Assembly (NCBI GenBank): GCA_963778745.1
Contig: CAVZVP010000007.1
Span: forward strand, 75,150-139,149
Direction: 5' to 3'
Length of the DNA: 64,000 bases
From: an uncultured Alphaproteobacteria bacterium
GTDB taxonomy: Bacteria; Pseudomonadota; Alphaproteobacteria; Rhizobiales; Xanthobacteraceae
The notes under the pieces are model-generated. The model was not told where the DNA came from and searched no databases. It saw only the letters and a list, made by a program, of their open reading frames with translations. Of this stretch, positions 28,921 through 38,035 are shown one piece after another; within the stretch, counting starts at the first letter, position 1; every line of letters starts with the position of its first letter. The translations under genes and the position numbers were made by a program.

Positions 28921-29084
28921 CCTTCAGTCGTCGATTGCACCTGAACATCCAATGAATAAGCCGGGGTCCCCGTGGCGGAATGTCATAAAACAGGGCCCTG
29001 CCGCCGTGAAAGGGGCGATTTCGGGCAAGCCGTTTGCTTGGTTTCCGGGGGATAGCCAATAAATTAGGCAGCGTTCAGCGAAGA

Positions 29085-29759
29085 ATGGCGATGATCTTTC
29101 CGCAACGTTTGATCGATGGCTACAACGCCTTCGCCGGCGGCCGGCTGCGGCGGGAGCAGGACCGCTACCGGGAACTGGCCGAAGTCGGCCAGTCGCCGCA
29201 GATCATGGTGATCGGCTGCTGCAATTCGCGTGTCTCGCCGGAAGTGATCTTCGACGCCAGCCCCGGCGAGCTGTTCGTCATGCGCAACGTGGCCAATATC
29301 GTGCCCCCTTACGCGCCGGACGAGCGCGCGCACGGCGTGTCGGCGGCGCTCGAATTCGGCGTCGGCGCATTGCGCGTGAAGCACATCGTGGTGCTCGGCC
29401 ATGCCCGCTGCGGCGGCGTGCGCGCCTTCGCGGAGGAGCGCGAACCGCTGTCGCCAGGCGATTTCATCGGCAAATGGATGGCGTTGATGGCGCCGGCCGC
29501 CGAGAAGCTTGGGCCGCCCGGCGAGCTATCGCCGGCCGACTATCTCACGCGGCTTGAACAAGCCAATATCGCCAACAGCCTCGACAATTTGATGACCTTC
29601 CCGCGCCTCGCCAGACTGATCGAGAAAGGCAAGATCGCGACCCACGGCGCCTATTTCGGCGTTGCCACCGGCGATCTGTCGGTGCTGGATAAAGAGAGTG
29701 GGGAGTTCCGGCGCGTGGTCACGGAAGGGGCCGCTCCATCTGGCGTATTGAGATTCTGA
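29085..29759 (+). CDS. beta-class carbonic anhydrase (motif variant CCNSR)
   Basis: QSPQIMVIGCCNSRVSPE ... VVLGHARCGG zinc-ligand motifs; the normally conserved Asp of C-x-D-x-R is Asn (AAT 29223-29225). Confidence 0.85.
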   Translation: MAMIFPQRLIDGYNAFAGGRLRREQDRYRELAEVGQSPQIMVIGCCNSRVSPEVIFDASPGELFVMRNVANIVPPYAPDERAHGVSAALEFGVGALRVKHIVVLGHARCGGVRAFAEEREPLSPGDFIGKWMALMAPAAEKLGPPGELSPADYLTRLEQANIANSLDNLMTFPRLARLIEKGKIATHGAYFGVATGDLSVLDKESGEFRRVVTEGAAPSGVLRF

Positions 29760-29781
29760 CGACAATCAATACTTCCGCTCA

Positions 29782-29799
29782 TTCCCGCGCAAGCGGGAA
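29782..29799. repeat. REP-like GC hairpin (TTCCCGC-gcaa-GCGGGAA) downstream of the carbonic anhydrase gene
   Basis: Perfect 7-bp stem; same family as hairpins at 29841 and 37078. Confidence 0.6.
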
Positions 29800-29840
29800 A
29801 CCAGAAACGTAATTGGAAGGCTAGCAGACTGTCGCCCTGG

Positions 29841-29860
29841 GTCCCCGCTTTCGCGGGGAC
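29841..29860. repeat. REP-like GC hairpin (GTCCCCGC-tttc-GCGGGGAC) immediately downstream of asd
   Basis: Perfect 8-bp stem, 1 nt from the asd stop; probable terminator role. Confidence 0.6.
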
Positions 29861-29861
29861 A

Positions 29862-30896
29862 TCAAGCCGCCTTGCGCTTGGCCTGGATCAGCTTGCGGTT
29901 GATCAGCACTTCCGCGATCTGCACGGCGTTGAGCGCAGCACCCTTGCGCAGATTATCCGACACCACCCAGATCTCCAGACCGTTGTCGACGGTCGCGTCG
30001 GTGCGGATGCGGCTGATGTAAGTGGCGTCCTCGCCGACGCACTCGTACGGCGTCACGTAGCCGCCGGGCTCATGCTTGTCGATCACCAGGCAGCCGGGTG
30101 CGCTGCGCAAAATGGTACGCGCTTGCTCGACGCTGATCGGCTTTTCGAACTCGATGTTCACGGCTTCGGAATGTCCGACGAACACCGGCACCCGGACACA
30201 AGTTGCCGTGAGCTTGATCTTGGGATCGAGAATCTTCTTGGTCTCGACCACCATCTTCCATTCTTCCTTGGTGTAGCCGTCCTCCATGAACACGTCGATG
30301 TGCGGGATGACGTTGAAGGCGATGCGCTTGGGAAACTTCTTGGTCTCGACCTCGCCGAGCGTGAACACCGCCTTGGTCTGCGAGAACAGCTCGTCCATCG
30401 CCTCCTTGCCGGCGCCGGACACCGATTGATAGGTCGCCACCACCACGCGCTTGATCGTGGCCTTGTCGTGCAGCGGCTTGAGCGCGACCACCAGCTGGGC
30501 AGTCGAGCAGTTCGGATTGGCGATGATGTTCTTCTTGCGAAAGCCAACGACTGCGTCGGCGTTCACCTCAGGCACGATCAGCGGCACGTCCGGGTCCATG
30601 CGCCAGGCCGACGAATTGTCGATCACCACCGCGCCCTTGGCTGCGATCTTGGGCGACCATTCCTTCGACACAGCACCGCCCGCCGACATCAGACAGATGT
30701 CGACGTCGGAGAAATCGTAGTGATCGAGCGCCTTCACCTTCAGCGTCTTGTCGCCGAATGAGCAATCCTGGCCCACGCTCTTGCGCGAGGCGAGCGCCAC
30801 CACTTCGTCGGCAGGGAAACTCCGCTCGGCCAGAATGTTGAGCATCTCGCGCCCGACATTGCCGGTGGCACCGACCACGGCGACCTTGTAACCCAT
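29862..30896 (-). CDS. asd: aspartate-semialdehyde dehydrogenase
   Basis: Start at MGYKVAVVGATGNVGREM (30896); active-site IANPNCSTAQ; 344 aa. Confidence 0.95.
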   Translation of the reverse strand: MGYKVAVVGATGNVGREMLNILAERSFPADEVVALASRKSVGQDCSFGDKTLKVKALDHYDFSDVDICLMSAGGAVSKEWSPKIAAKGAVVIDNSSAWRMDPDVPLIVPEVNADAVVGFRKKNIIANPNCSTAQLVVALKPLHDKATIKRVVVATYQSVSGAGKEAMDELFSQTKAVFTLGEVETKKFPKRIAFNVIPHIDVFMEDGYTKEEWKMVVETKKILDPKIKLTATCVRVPVFVGHSEAVNIEFEKPISVEQARTILRSAPGCLVIDKHEPGGYVTPYECVGEDATYISRIRTDATVDNGLEIWVVSDNLRKGAALNAVQIAEVLINRKLIQAKRKAA

Positions 30897-31004
30897 TGTT
30901 AACGCTCCGAAATAAATTCCGCACTGCACCCAGCCCCGGGACAACCGGATGGCAGGGCTTCTAAGCGAGAACTGAGGGGAAAACAACGGCGACATGATGG
31001 AGAA

Positions 31005-31793
31005 ATGGCCGTGCATCCGGCCTTGCATTCTTGGCGCGACGAACTGCCGGCGGCATTCGTGCAGGGGCTCGCGGCTCTGTGCGGGCTGGCTGTGCTGTCG
31101 CTATTTTGCGCCTGGATCTTCCAATCGCCAAAAACGATCAGTGTCATCACACCGAAGCATCAATCGGACTGGATCGAGATCGAGCGGCCGTTCCCGGCTT
31201 TCGCGCTGTCAATCCCGGAAGCCGCCGATGTGCCGTCGAGCTATGCCATTCGCCGCCACGCCGAGGGCGCCGGCCGCAAGGACATCCTGACACTCGGCGA
31301 ACCAAACGGCGTTGCACCCAATCTGCAAATCGAAGTCTACCGGCCGGGCAGCGAGATTGGCCGTTCCGCCGATGCGCAAGCCACGATCGCGGCGGCAGCG
31401 GCCGCGCTCGGACCGGTTGCGCTGCGGCCCACCGATGAGCCGCTGGCGAGCAAATTCGGTCCGCTGTCGCTCGTGGCCTTCGATACCTCGAAAGGTGTGG
31501 CCAGCCACTGCCTCGCCTTCGTGCGCGCCTACGACGATCCGCGACTGCAATTGTCCGGCTGGTTCTGCCAAGGCGGCGAGCCGATCCAACCCAGCACGCT
31601 GGCCTGCGCGCTCGACCGGCTGACACTGCTCTCCGCCGGAAGCGAGCCGAAAGTGGGCGCCCTGTTCGCGCAAGCCGAACTCAACCGCAGCTACTGCGGC
31701 CAGCGCGATCCAATTCTGGCGTCGACGCCCAAATACACGCTGTTGTGGAAGGCGCTGGCGAGCCGCCCGGAGCCGCGGCGTATCGGCCGTTGA
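31005..31793 (+). CDS. hypothetical membrane-anchored protein
   Basis: 262-aa ORF, one N-terminal TM (LAALCGLAVLSLFCAWIF), reasonable coding composition. Confidence 0.5.
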   Translation: MAVHPALHSWRDELPAAFVQGLAALCGLAVLSLFCAWIFQSPKTISVITPKHQSDWIEIERPFPAFALSIPEAADVPSSYAIRRHAEGAGRKDILTLGEPNGVAPNLQIEVYRPGSEIGRSADAQATIAAAAAALGPVALRPTDEPLASKFGPLSLVAFDTSKGVASHCLAFVRAYDDPRLQLSGWFCQGGEPIQPSTLACALDRLTLLSAGSEPKVGALFAQAELNRSYCGQRDPILASTPKYTLLWKALASRPEPRRIGR

Positions 31794-31949
31794 GCGGATC
31801 TTCTCCAATAACGCGAAAATTCGGCTCCGCCGCATTCGCGGGGCCGCTTTCTTAAAGATTCCGCGCAACAATTAGCTGCGATTCGCCCTATTGCTGCGAA
31901 CGGAAGCCCGCTAAACTGCGTTGCAACATAGAGCCCCGGCGAGGACCCC

Positions 31950-32312
31950 ATGCGCTTGAAGATATTTGCCACCGCTTTTGCCGTTACCGTGGCCTTGGCC
32001 CTGCTGGCCGCCCCGGCCGATGCGGCGGCGAAGAAGAAGCGCGTGGTTGCCACCACCGGACACACCGTGTTCGTGAGCCGTGACGAAGACGGCCGCAGCC
32101 GCACCCGCGTCATCATTCAAAAGCGGTCTTATCTCGACCCCGGCACCGAAACATTCCCGGGCGAGAACACCGGCAACAGCTATGTTCAATTGCCCAACCA
32201 GCGCGCGGCGGGCGTGATCGACAACACCATCTTCGGCCTCAGTAACACCCAATCGCCGTTGCCCGGCCCATGGACCCTGCCGGGCAAGAATAATCCCTGG
32301 TTGCAGTACTAG
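31950..32312 (+). CDS. hypothetical secreted protein
   Basis: Signal peptide MRLKIFATAFAVTVALALLAAPADA; 120 aa. Confidence 0.55.
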   Translation: MRLKIFATAFAVTVALALLAAPADAAAKKKRVVATTGHTVFVSRDEDGRSRTRVIIQKRSYLDPGTETFPGENTGNSYVQLPNQRAAGVIDNTIFGLSNTQSPLPGPWTLPGKNNPWLQY

Positions 32313-32336
32313 GCTCAGCTGCAGGCCCCGAAACGA

Positions 32337-32362
32337 AAACGCGGCCGATTGGCCGCGTTTCT
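32337..32362. terminator. bidirectional terminator hairpin between convergent genes
   Basis: AAACGCGGCC-gatt-GGCCGCGTTT flanked by A- and T-runs. Confidence 0.6.
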
Positions 32363-33476
32363 TATTTTTGAGCAATTGCCTCCAGCTCTTCCAAGATCGC
32401 AGAGCCCATCTCCGACGTTGAGACGACCGTTGAGCCCTCGGACTTGATATCGGCGGTGCGTAGACCCTTGGCCAAAGTGGCGGCGATCGCATGGTCAATC
32501 ATGTCGGCTTGCTTGCCGAGATTGAACGAATAGCGCAACGCCATGCCGAACGAGGCGATCATCGCGATCGGGTTGGCGATGCCTGGCCTGCGATGTCGGG
32601 CGCCGACCCGTGCACTGGCTCGTAGAGCGCTTTGCGCTTCTTGGTTTTGGGGTCGACTTCGCCTAATGACGCCGACGCCAGCATGCCGAGCGAGCCGGTG
32701 AGCATGGAGGCCACGTCGGACAGCATGTCGCCGAACAGATTGTCGGTGACGATGACGTCGAACTGCTTCGGATTGCGCACCAGCTGCATGCCGCCGGCAT
32801 CGGCCAGCATGTGCTCGAGCTGCACGTCCTTGTATTCGCGCGCGTGCAGCGCCGTCATCACCTCGTTCCAGAGCACGCCCGATATCATGACGTTGCGCTT
32901 TTCCATCGAGGTAACCTTGTTGCGCCGCTTGCGCGCCAGCTCGAAGGCGACGCGCCCGATGCGCTCGATCTCGTAGGTGTCGTAAACCTGGGTATCGATG
33001 GCGCGCTTCTGGCCGTTGCCGAGATCGGTGATGGTCTTCGGCTCGCCGAAATACACACCACCGGTCAGCTCGCGCAAAATCATGATGTCGAGGCCCTCGA
33101 CCAGCTCGCGCTTGAGCGAGGACGCATCGGCGAGCGCCGGATAGGTCACCGCCGGACGCAAGTTGGCGTAGAGCGCGAGATCCTTGCGCAGGCGCAACAG
33201 GCCGGCTTCCGGCCGCGCCTCGTAGGGCACCTTGTCCCATTTCGGCCCGCCGACCGCGCCGAAGATCACGGCGTCGGCGGCTTTCGCCTTTTCCATGGTG
33301 GCGTCGGTGACGGCGACCCCGTGGGCGTCGTAGCAGCAGCCGCCGACCAGCGCCTCCTCGGTGGTGAACTTGTCGGGACCCTTCTTGTTGAAGAAGTCGA
33401 TGACGCGTTTCACTTGCGCCATCACTTCGGGGCCGATGCCGTCGCCGGGGAGCAGAAGGAGATTGTGGGTAGCCAT
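32362..33476 (-). pseudogene. leuB: 3-isopropylmalate dehydrogenase, single-nt frameshift near 3' end
   Basis: [18 protein letters not shown]...[13 protein letters not shown] in one frame, [20 protein letters not shown]...EAIAQK in the next. Junction at ~32582, where GGCGATGCCTGG appears to lack one C of a CCC run. Confidence 0.9.
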
Positions 33477-33621
33477 GTACGCCTCGCCATTACTGAACTC
33501 GCGCGGAGTGCTAACGGTCCGCGCCGCGCTTGGCAAGGCGCGGCGGGGCTGGACGCATGGCGAAGAAATCGCGAGACTGAGACTAACCCAGGCGCTCAAA
33601 AAGCCGGGAAACAGGGAGACG

Positions 33622-34104
33622 ATGATGATTCATACAGTGGCGAAATTACTGGGCGCGGCGGTGCTCGCGGTGACGCTGGCGCCGGCCTTGTCTCATGCCG
33701 TCGAACTCGATCCGAAGGCGGTCGTTTACAAGCTGCCGGACCAGATCAAATGGGGGCCGGTGACGCCGGCCGGCAATCAGCAGGCCGTGCTGTTCGGCGA
33801 TCCGACCAAGCCGGGACTCTATGGTGTGCTCAACAAATGGACGGCCGGAAACCATTTCAGCAAGCCGCATTTCCATCCGCACGACCGCTTCATCACCGTG
33901 ATCTCGGGAACCTGGTGGGTCGGTAGCGGGCCGAATTGGGACCCCGCCAATGGCAGCGTGCCGATGCCCGCCGGCTCGTTCATCACCCACTACGGCAAGC
34001 AAGTACACTGGGACGGCGCCAAGGATGTCGACGCGGTGCTATTGATTGTCGGTGATGGACCGGCAACGACGACGCCGTTCGTGAGCGCCGACCAGCTCAA
34101 GTAA
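33622..34104 (+). CDS. secreted cupin-domain protein
   Basis: ATG 33622 after GGGAGA; signal peptide; cupin motifs ([16 protein letters not shown] ... HWDG). Confidence 0.6.
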   Translation: MMIHTVAKLLGAAVLAVTLAPALSHAVELDPKAVVYKLPDQIKWGPVTPAGNQQAVLFGDPTKPGLYGVLNKWTAGNHFSKPHFHPHDRFITVISGTWWVGSGPNWDPANGSVPMPAGSFITHYGKQVHWDGAKDVDAVLLIVGDGPATTTPFVSADQLK

Positions 34105-34106
34105 AG

Positions 34107-34881
34107 CTACAGCCCGCTGAACCAGTTGTAGCCCTGGTTTTCCCAGTAGCCGCCGTGGTCGGTGTTGGTCACTTCCATCGCCACCACGTATTTCGGGTTC
34201 TTGAAGCCGAGCTTGGTGGGCATGCGGATCTTCATCGGGAAGCCGTAGGCGCGCGGCAATATCTTGTGGTCGAACTTGAACGACATCTGCGTCTGCGGAT
34301 GCAGCGCGGTCGGCATGTCGATGGTGTTGGTGTAGCCCTCGGCGCATTTGAACCAGATGTATTTGGCGCGCGTGTCGGCGCCGATGAGCTTGAGGAAATC
34401 GGACAGCACGCGCGCCCTGCCAGGAGCCGATGGCGCTCCAGCCTTCCACGCAGACATGGCGCGTGATCTGCGAGACCTCGGGCAGCGCGTGCAGCTCGGC
34501 GAGCGTCCACGGCTTCTTGTTGTCGACCAGGCCGGCGATTTCCAGTTTGTAGGCGTTGCCGTCCACTTCCGGCGCCTCGTCCTCGTCGTAATAGGCGTTG
34601 AACGGGAACGGCCGCTTGATGGCGCTCTCCGGGAAGGTCGGCGCGAGTTTCGTGCGGCTGAACAAAGCAGCCTGCGCGCCGTCGTTGAACGAGGAAATCT
34701 TGCGCAGCACGCCTTCCGCGGTGTCGCCGTCGATGATGTCGCAGCCGGTGAGGAAGGCGAGCGCGCCGAGGCTCGCCGCCCCGCGCAGGAAGCCGCGCCG
34801 CGCCGGATCGGGCATCAGTTTGGCGGCATCCTTGATCAGCAGCTTGGGATCGACGCCGGGAATGATTTTGCTCTGGCGCAT
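34107..34881 (-). pseudogene. Tat-exported molybdopterin (sulfite-oxidase family, YedY-like) oxidoreductase, frameshifted
   Basis: Leader RRGFLRGAASLGALAFLTGC. ITRHVCVEGWSAIGSWQGA in one frame continues as VLSDFLKLIGADTRAKYIWFKCAEGY in another; junction ~34411 in a GCGCGCG run. Confidence 0.8.
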
Positions 34882-34885
34882 GATG

Positions 34886-35502
34886 TTATTTCCCCACGAT
34901 CATGGCGCGCAGGCTCTTCGGCACCAGCAGTGCCAGCGCTACATGCACGCAGAGGAATCCGACGATCGCGCTCATTGCGACAAAATGCACGTAGCGGGCA
35001 AAATCGTAGCCGCCGAACAGCGCGGTCAATTCCTGAAACTGCACCGGCTTCCAGATCGAGAGCCCCGACAGCACGATCAGGATGCCGCACAAGATCACGC
35101 CGGCATAGAGCACCTTCTGCACCGCGTTGTAGTGCGAAAGGTCATCATGCGAGAGCTTGAAGGTGAGCGCAGCCTTGGCGTCGGCAATACCTGCGACGGA
35201 TAGATCGGCAACAGCTTGCGCCGGAAGCGGCCGGTGGCGAGACCGAGCGTGACATAGACGATGCCGTTGATCACCAGCAGCCACATGGCGGCGAAATGCC
35301 AGAGCAGCGCACCGCCCAGCCAGTTGCCGAGCGCGATGTGCTTGGAAAATTCAGAAATGGAACAGCGGCGAGGCGTTGTAGATCTGCCAGCCGGAACCGA
35401 TCATCACCAGGATCGCCAGCGCGTTGATCCAGTGGCAAACGCGCACCCAGCCGGGGTGAATGGTCGTGTCGGCGGGCGTGGTTGTCATGGTGTCGGCGGT
35501 CA
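34886..35502 (-). pseudogene. cytochrome b (b561/Ni-hydrogenase cyt b type) membrane partner, two frameshifts
   Basis: Three frames in series: MTADTMTTTPADTTIHPGWVRVCHWINALAILVMIGSGWQIYNASPLFHF, then EFSKHIALGNWLGGALLWHFAAMWLLVINGIVYVTLGLATGRFRRKLLPIYPSQV, then IADAKAALTFKLSHDDLSHYNAVQKVLYAG...MIVGK. Junctions at ~35352 and ~35188. Confidence 0.7.
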
Positions 35503-35604
35503 TCGCGAACCTGAGTTGGCATCAGCATCCTAACCAGTCTATGCCCGAAGGTGTATACGGCGCGTCCGGGCTCGTGGATGCACGAGCCCGGATGTCCGCT
35601 AGGA

Positions 35605-35847
35605 TTATTTCTTCCTGACCATATCGTCCTTGGCCGTAGCGTCGTCCTTCTTCATCGAGTCCTTGGCCATGCCGTCGTCCTGTTTCATCGTGTCCTTCGA
35701 CATCGTGTCTTTAGACATCGTGTCCTTCGACATGGTGTCCTTGGACATGGTGTCCTTCTTCATGTCGTCGGCGAAAGCCGCCGGCGCCAGCGGGGTCATG
35801 GCCAAACCGGCCGCGATCAGCGCCGACAGTAGAATGCTCTTTTTCAT
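35605..35847 (-). CDS. secreted pentapeptide MXKDX-repeat protein
   Basis: ATG 35847 after AGGAGGA; signal peptide MKKSILLSALIAAGLAMTPLAPAAFA; (KDTMS)x5 plus degenerate MxKDx units. Confidence 0.7.
   Translation of the reverse strand: MKKSILLSALIAAGLAMTPLAPAAFADDMKKDTMSKDTMSKDTMSKDTMSKDTMKQDDGMAKDSMKKDDATAKDDMVRKK
35687..35761. repeat. 15-bp tandem repeat x5 (coding for the KDTMS units)
   Basis: catcgtgtccttcga / catcgtgtctttaga / catcgtgtccttcga / catggtgtccttgga / catggtgtccttctt. Confidence 0.9.
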
Positions 35848-36002
35848 TTCGTGTCCTCCTGAGGAATGAACTTGGCAATTCATCGCTAACACAGGGGCTT
35901 AAACACGTCCTCATCAGTTTCCCGTTGCCGCAAGCTAGCGTTTGGCTCACGGTTTTGTGAGAATGGCCAAGCCGGGCCGCACCGGAAGAAGGAGCCGCAA
36001 CG

Positions 36003-37067
36003 TTGAGCCAATTGCCCGCCGCCAAGACCAACTTAGGCAATTTTTTCGAGGACTTCCGCCTCGGCCAGGAAATCCGCCACGCCACGCCGCGCACTGTCAC
36101 CCTCGGCGACGTGGCGCTCTATAACGGCCTGTTCGGGGCGCGCTTTGCCGTGCAGTCGTCCGACGCCTTTGCCGCCAAGATCGGCTATCCGCGCTCGCCG
36201 CTCGACGATCTGCTGGTCTTCCATGTGGTGTTCGGCAAGACCGTGCCGGACATTTCGCTCAATGCCGTGGCCAATCTCGGCTATGCCGATTGCCGCTTCC
36301 TCAAAGCCGTCTATCCCGGCGATACGCTCAATTCGGTGTCGCAGGTGATCGGGCTGAAGGAGAACTCCAACCACAAAACCGGCATCGTCTATGTACGCTC
36401 GCGCGGCTTCAATCAGACCGGCGACACGGTTCTCGATTACGCGCGCTGGGTGATGGTGCGCAAGCGGGACGAAGCGGCGGCCGCGCCGGGCGATAAAGTG
36501 CCCGAGCTGCCGAAGCACGTGGAGCCCGCCTTGCTCGGCGCCGCCTGCCCGCCGATCGATACTACGGCCTACGACACCGTGCTGTCCGGCAGCCCGCATC
36601 GCTTCGGCGACTACAAAGCCGGCGAGAAAATCGATCACAGCATCGGCATTACCGTCGAGGACGCCGAACACATGATCGCGACGCGGCTTTATCAGAACAC
36701 AGCGCGCATTCATTTCGATCACTTCACCGAAAGCAAAGGCCGCTTTGGCAAGCGGCTGATCTATGGCGGCCACGCCATTTCGCTGGCGCGCGCGCTCTCA
36801 TTCAACGGGCTCGGCAACGCGTTCCACGTGGCGGCGATCAATGGCGGGCGTCACGTGGCGCCGCTCTTTGCCGGTTGCACGGTATTCGCCTGGTCCGAAG
36901 TGCTGGCTACCGCCGAAGTGCCCGGCCGCAAGGATGTCGGCGCGCTGCGCCTGCGCACCGTCGCCACCAAGGATCGCAGTTGCGCGGATTTCCCGCTTAA
37001 GCGCGGCGAGGAGTACGACCCGGCGGTGATCCTCGATCTCGACTACTGGGTGCTGATGCCGCGGTAA
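36003..37067 (+). CDS. double hot-dog MaoC-family enoyl-CoA hydratase (mesaconyl-CoA hydratase-like)
   Basis: 354 aa, TTG start; two MaoC-like halves, size and layout as in Mch-type hydratases. Confidence 0.75.
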   Translation: MSQLPAAKTNLGNFFEDFRLGQEIRHATPRTVTLGDVALYNGLFGARFAVQSSDAFAAKIGYPRSPLDDLLVFHVVFGKTVPDISLNAVANLGYADCRFLKAVYPGDTLNSVSQVIGLKENSNHKTGIVYVRSRGFNQTGDTVLDYARWVMVRKRDEAAAAPGDKVPELPKHVEPALLGAACPPIDTTAYDTVLSGSPHRFGDYKAGEKIDHSIGITVEDAEHMIATRLYQNTARIHFDHFTESKGRFGKRLIYGGHAISLARALSFNGLGNAFHVAAINGGRHVAPLFAGCTVFAWSEVLATAEVPGRKDVGALRLRTVATKDRSCADFPLKRGEEYDPAVILDLDYWVLMPR

Positions 37068-37077
37068 CTTCTCCTTC

Positions 37078-37095
37078 TCCCCGCTCTTGCGGGGA
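37078..37095. repeat. REP-like GC hairpin (TCCCCGC-tctt-GCGGGGA) between convergent genes
   Basis: Perfect 7-bp stem, same stem sequence class as 29841-29860. Confidence 0.6.
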
Positions 37096-37102
37096 AAGAT
37101 GA

Positions 37103-37990
37103 TTACGCACTCGCCCGCAGATGGTCCACAAGCTGCCGCGCATAAGGCGGCAGCGTGTCGATGTCGCGCACGCAGATCGACAATTCGCGCAACGCCCAGG
37201 GGTCGGTAAGACGAACCGAACTGATCGCCGTGTTGCGTTCGGTCCGCTTCACGGTAGTCTCCGGCACGATGCCGACGCCGACATTGGCTTCGACCAGACG
37301 GCAAATGGCGTCGAAGCTGCGCAACTGCACGCGTAGCCGCAACGGCCGGCCGACGCGGTTCGCCTTGTCGGCGAGGAAGCGCTGGATCGCGCTGGCGCGG
37401 TCGAGGCCGACCATGTCGTAATCGAGCACCTCGGCAAAACCGATACGCGAGCGGCTGGCGAGCGGATGATTGCGCGCGACCACCAGCACGAAGCGGTCGC
37501 TGCGGAACGGAAACGTATGCAGGCCGCCGTAATCGACGGTGCCGGCGACGATGCCGATATCGCCCGAGCCGTCCGCGATCAGGCCGACGATCTCGTCGCT
37601 CAGGCGCTCCTCGAGATCGACGCTGATATCGGGGTGGGCCATCAGGAACGAACTCAGCGTCTCCGGCAGAAATTCGGTGAGCGCATTGGTGTTGGACAGC
37701 ACCCGCACCTGGCCGGCGAGTCCGCGCGCATAGGGGCTCAAGTCCTCCTGCAGACGCTCGCTTTGCGCGAGAATCGAGCGTGCATGTTGCAACAGCGTGC
37801 GTCCGGCCTGGGTCGGCGTCACGCCCGCCCGGCCCCGCACCAGTAATTCGGTACCGAAAGCGAGCTCCATCTTGCGGATACGGGTCGAGGCGGCGGCCAG
37901 CGCCAGATTGGAGCGCACCGCGCCATGGGTGATGCTGCCCGCTTCGACGATATGGCGGAACAGGTTGAGATCGGTGAAGTCGAAGCGCAT
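37103..37990 (-). CDS. LysR-family transcriptional regulator
   Basis: 295 aa; N-terminal wHTH (LNLFRHIVEAGSITHGAVRSNLALAAASTRIRKME) plus LysR substrate-binding domain. Confidence 0.9.
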   Translation of the reverse strand: MRFDFTDLNLFRHIVEAGSITHGAVRSNLALAAASTRIRKMELAFGTELLVRGRAGVTPTQAGRTLLQHARSILAQSERLQEDLSPYARGLAGQVRVLSNTNALTEFLPETLSSFLMAHPDISVDLEERLSDEIVGLIADGSGDIGIVAGTVDYGGLHTFPFRSDRFVLVVARNHPLASRSRIGFAEVLDYDMVGLDRASAIQRFLADKANRVGRPLRLRVQLRSFDAICRLVEANVGVGIVPETTVKRTERNTAISSVRLTDPWALRELSICVRDIDTLPPYARQLVDHLRASA

Positions 37991-38010
37991 CCGGGGATAC
38001 TACCTTCTTA

Positions 38011-38035
38011 TTTTACGAAGGCAGGCTACGTAAAA
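38011..38035. promoter_or_regulatory. candidate LysR box (TTTTACG-N11-CGTAAAA)
   Basis: Perfect 7-bp inverted repeat with 11-nt spacer, 21 nt upstream of the LysR start, in the divergent LysR/sdhC intergenic region. Confidence 0.35.

Noticed and set aside
35687-35761. Regularly spaced 15-bp repeats as a possible CRISPR-like or regulatory array
   Set aside because: The units are contiguous with no spacers, lie in frame inside a signal-peptide-bearing ORF, and encode KDTMS pentapeptides.
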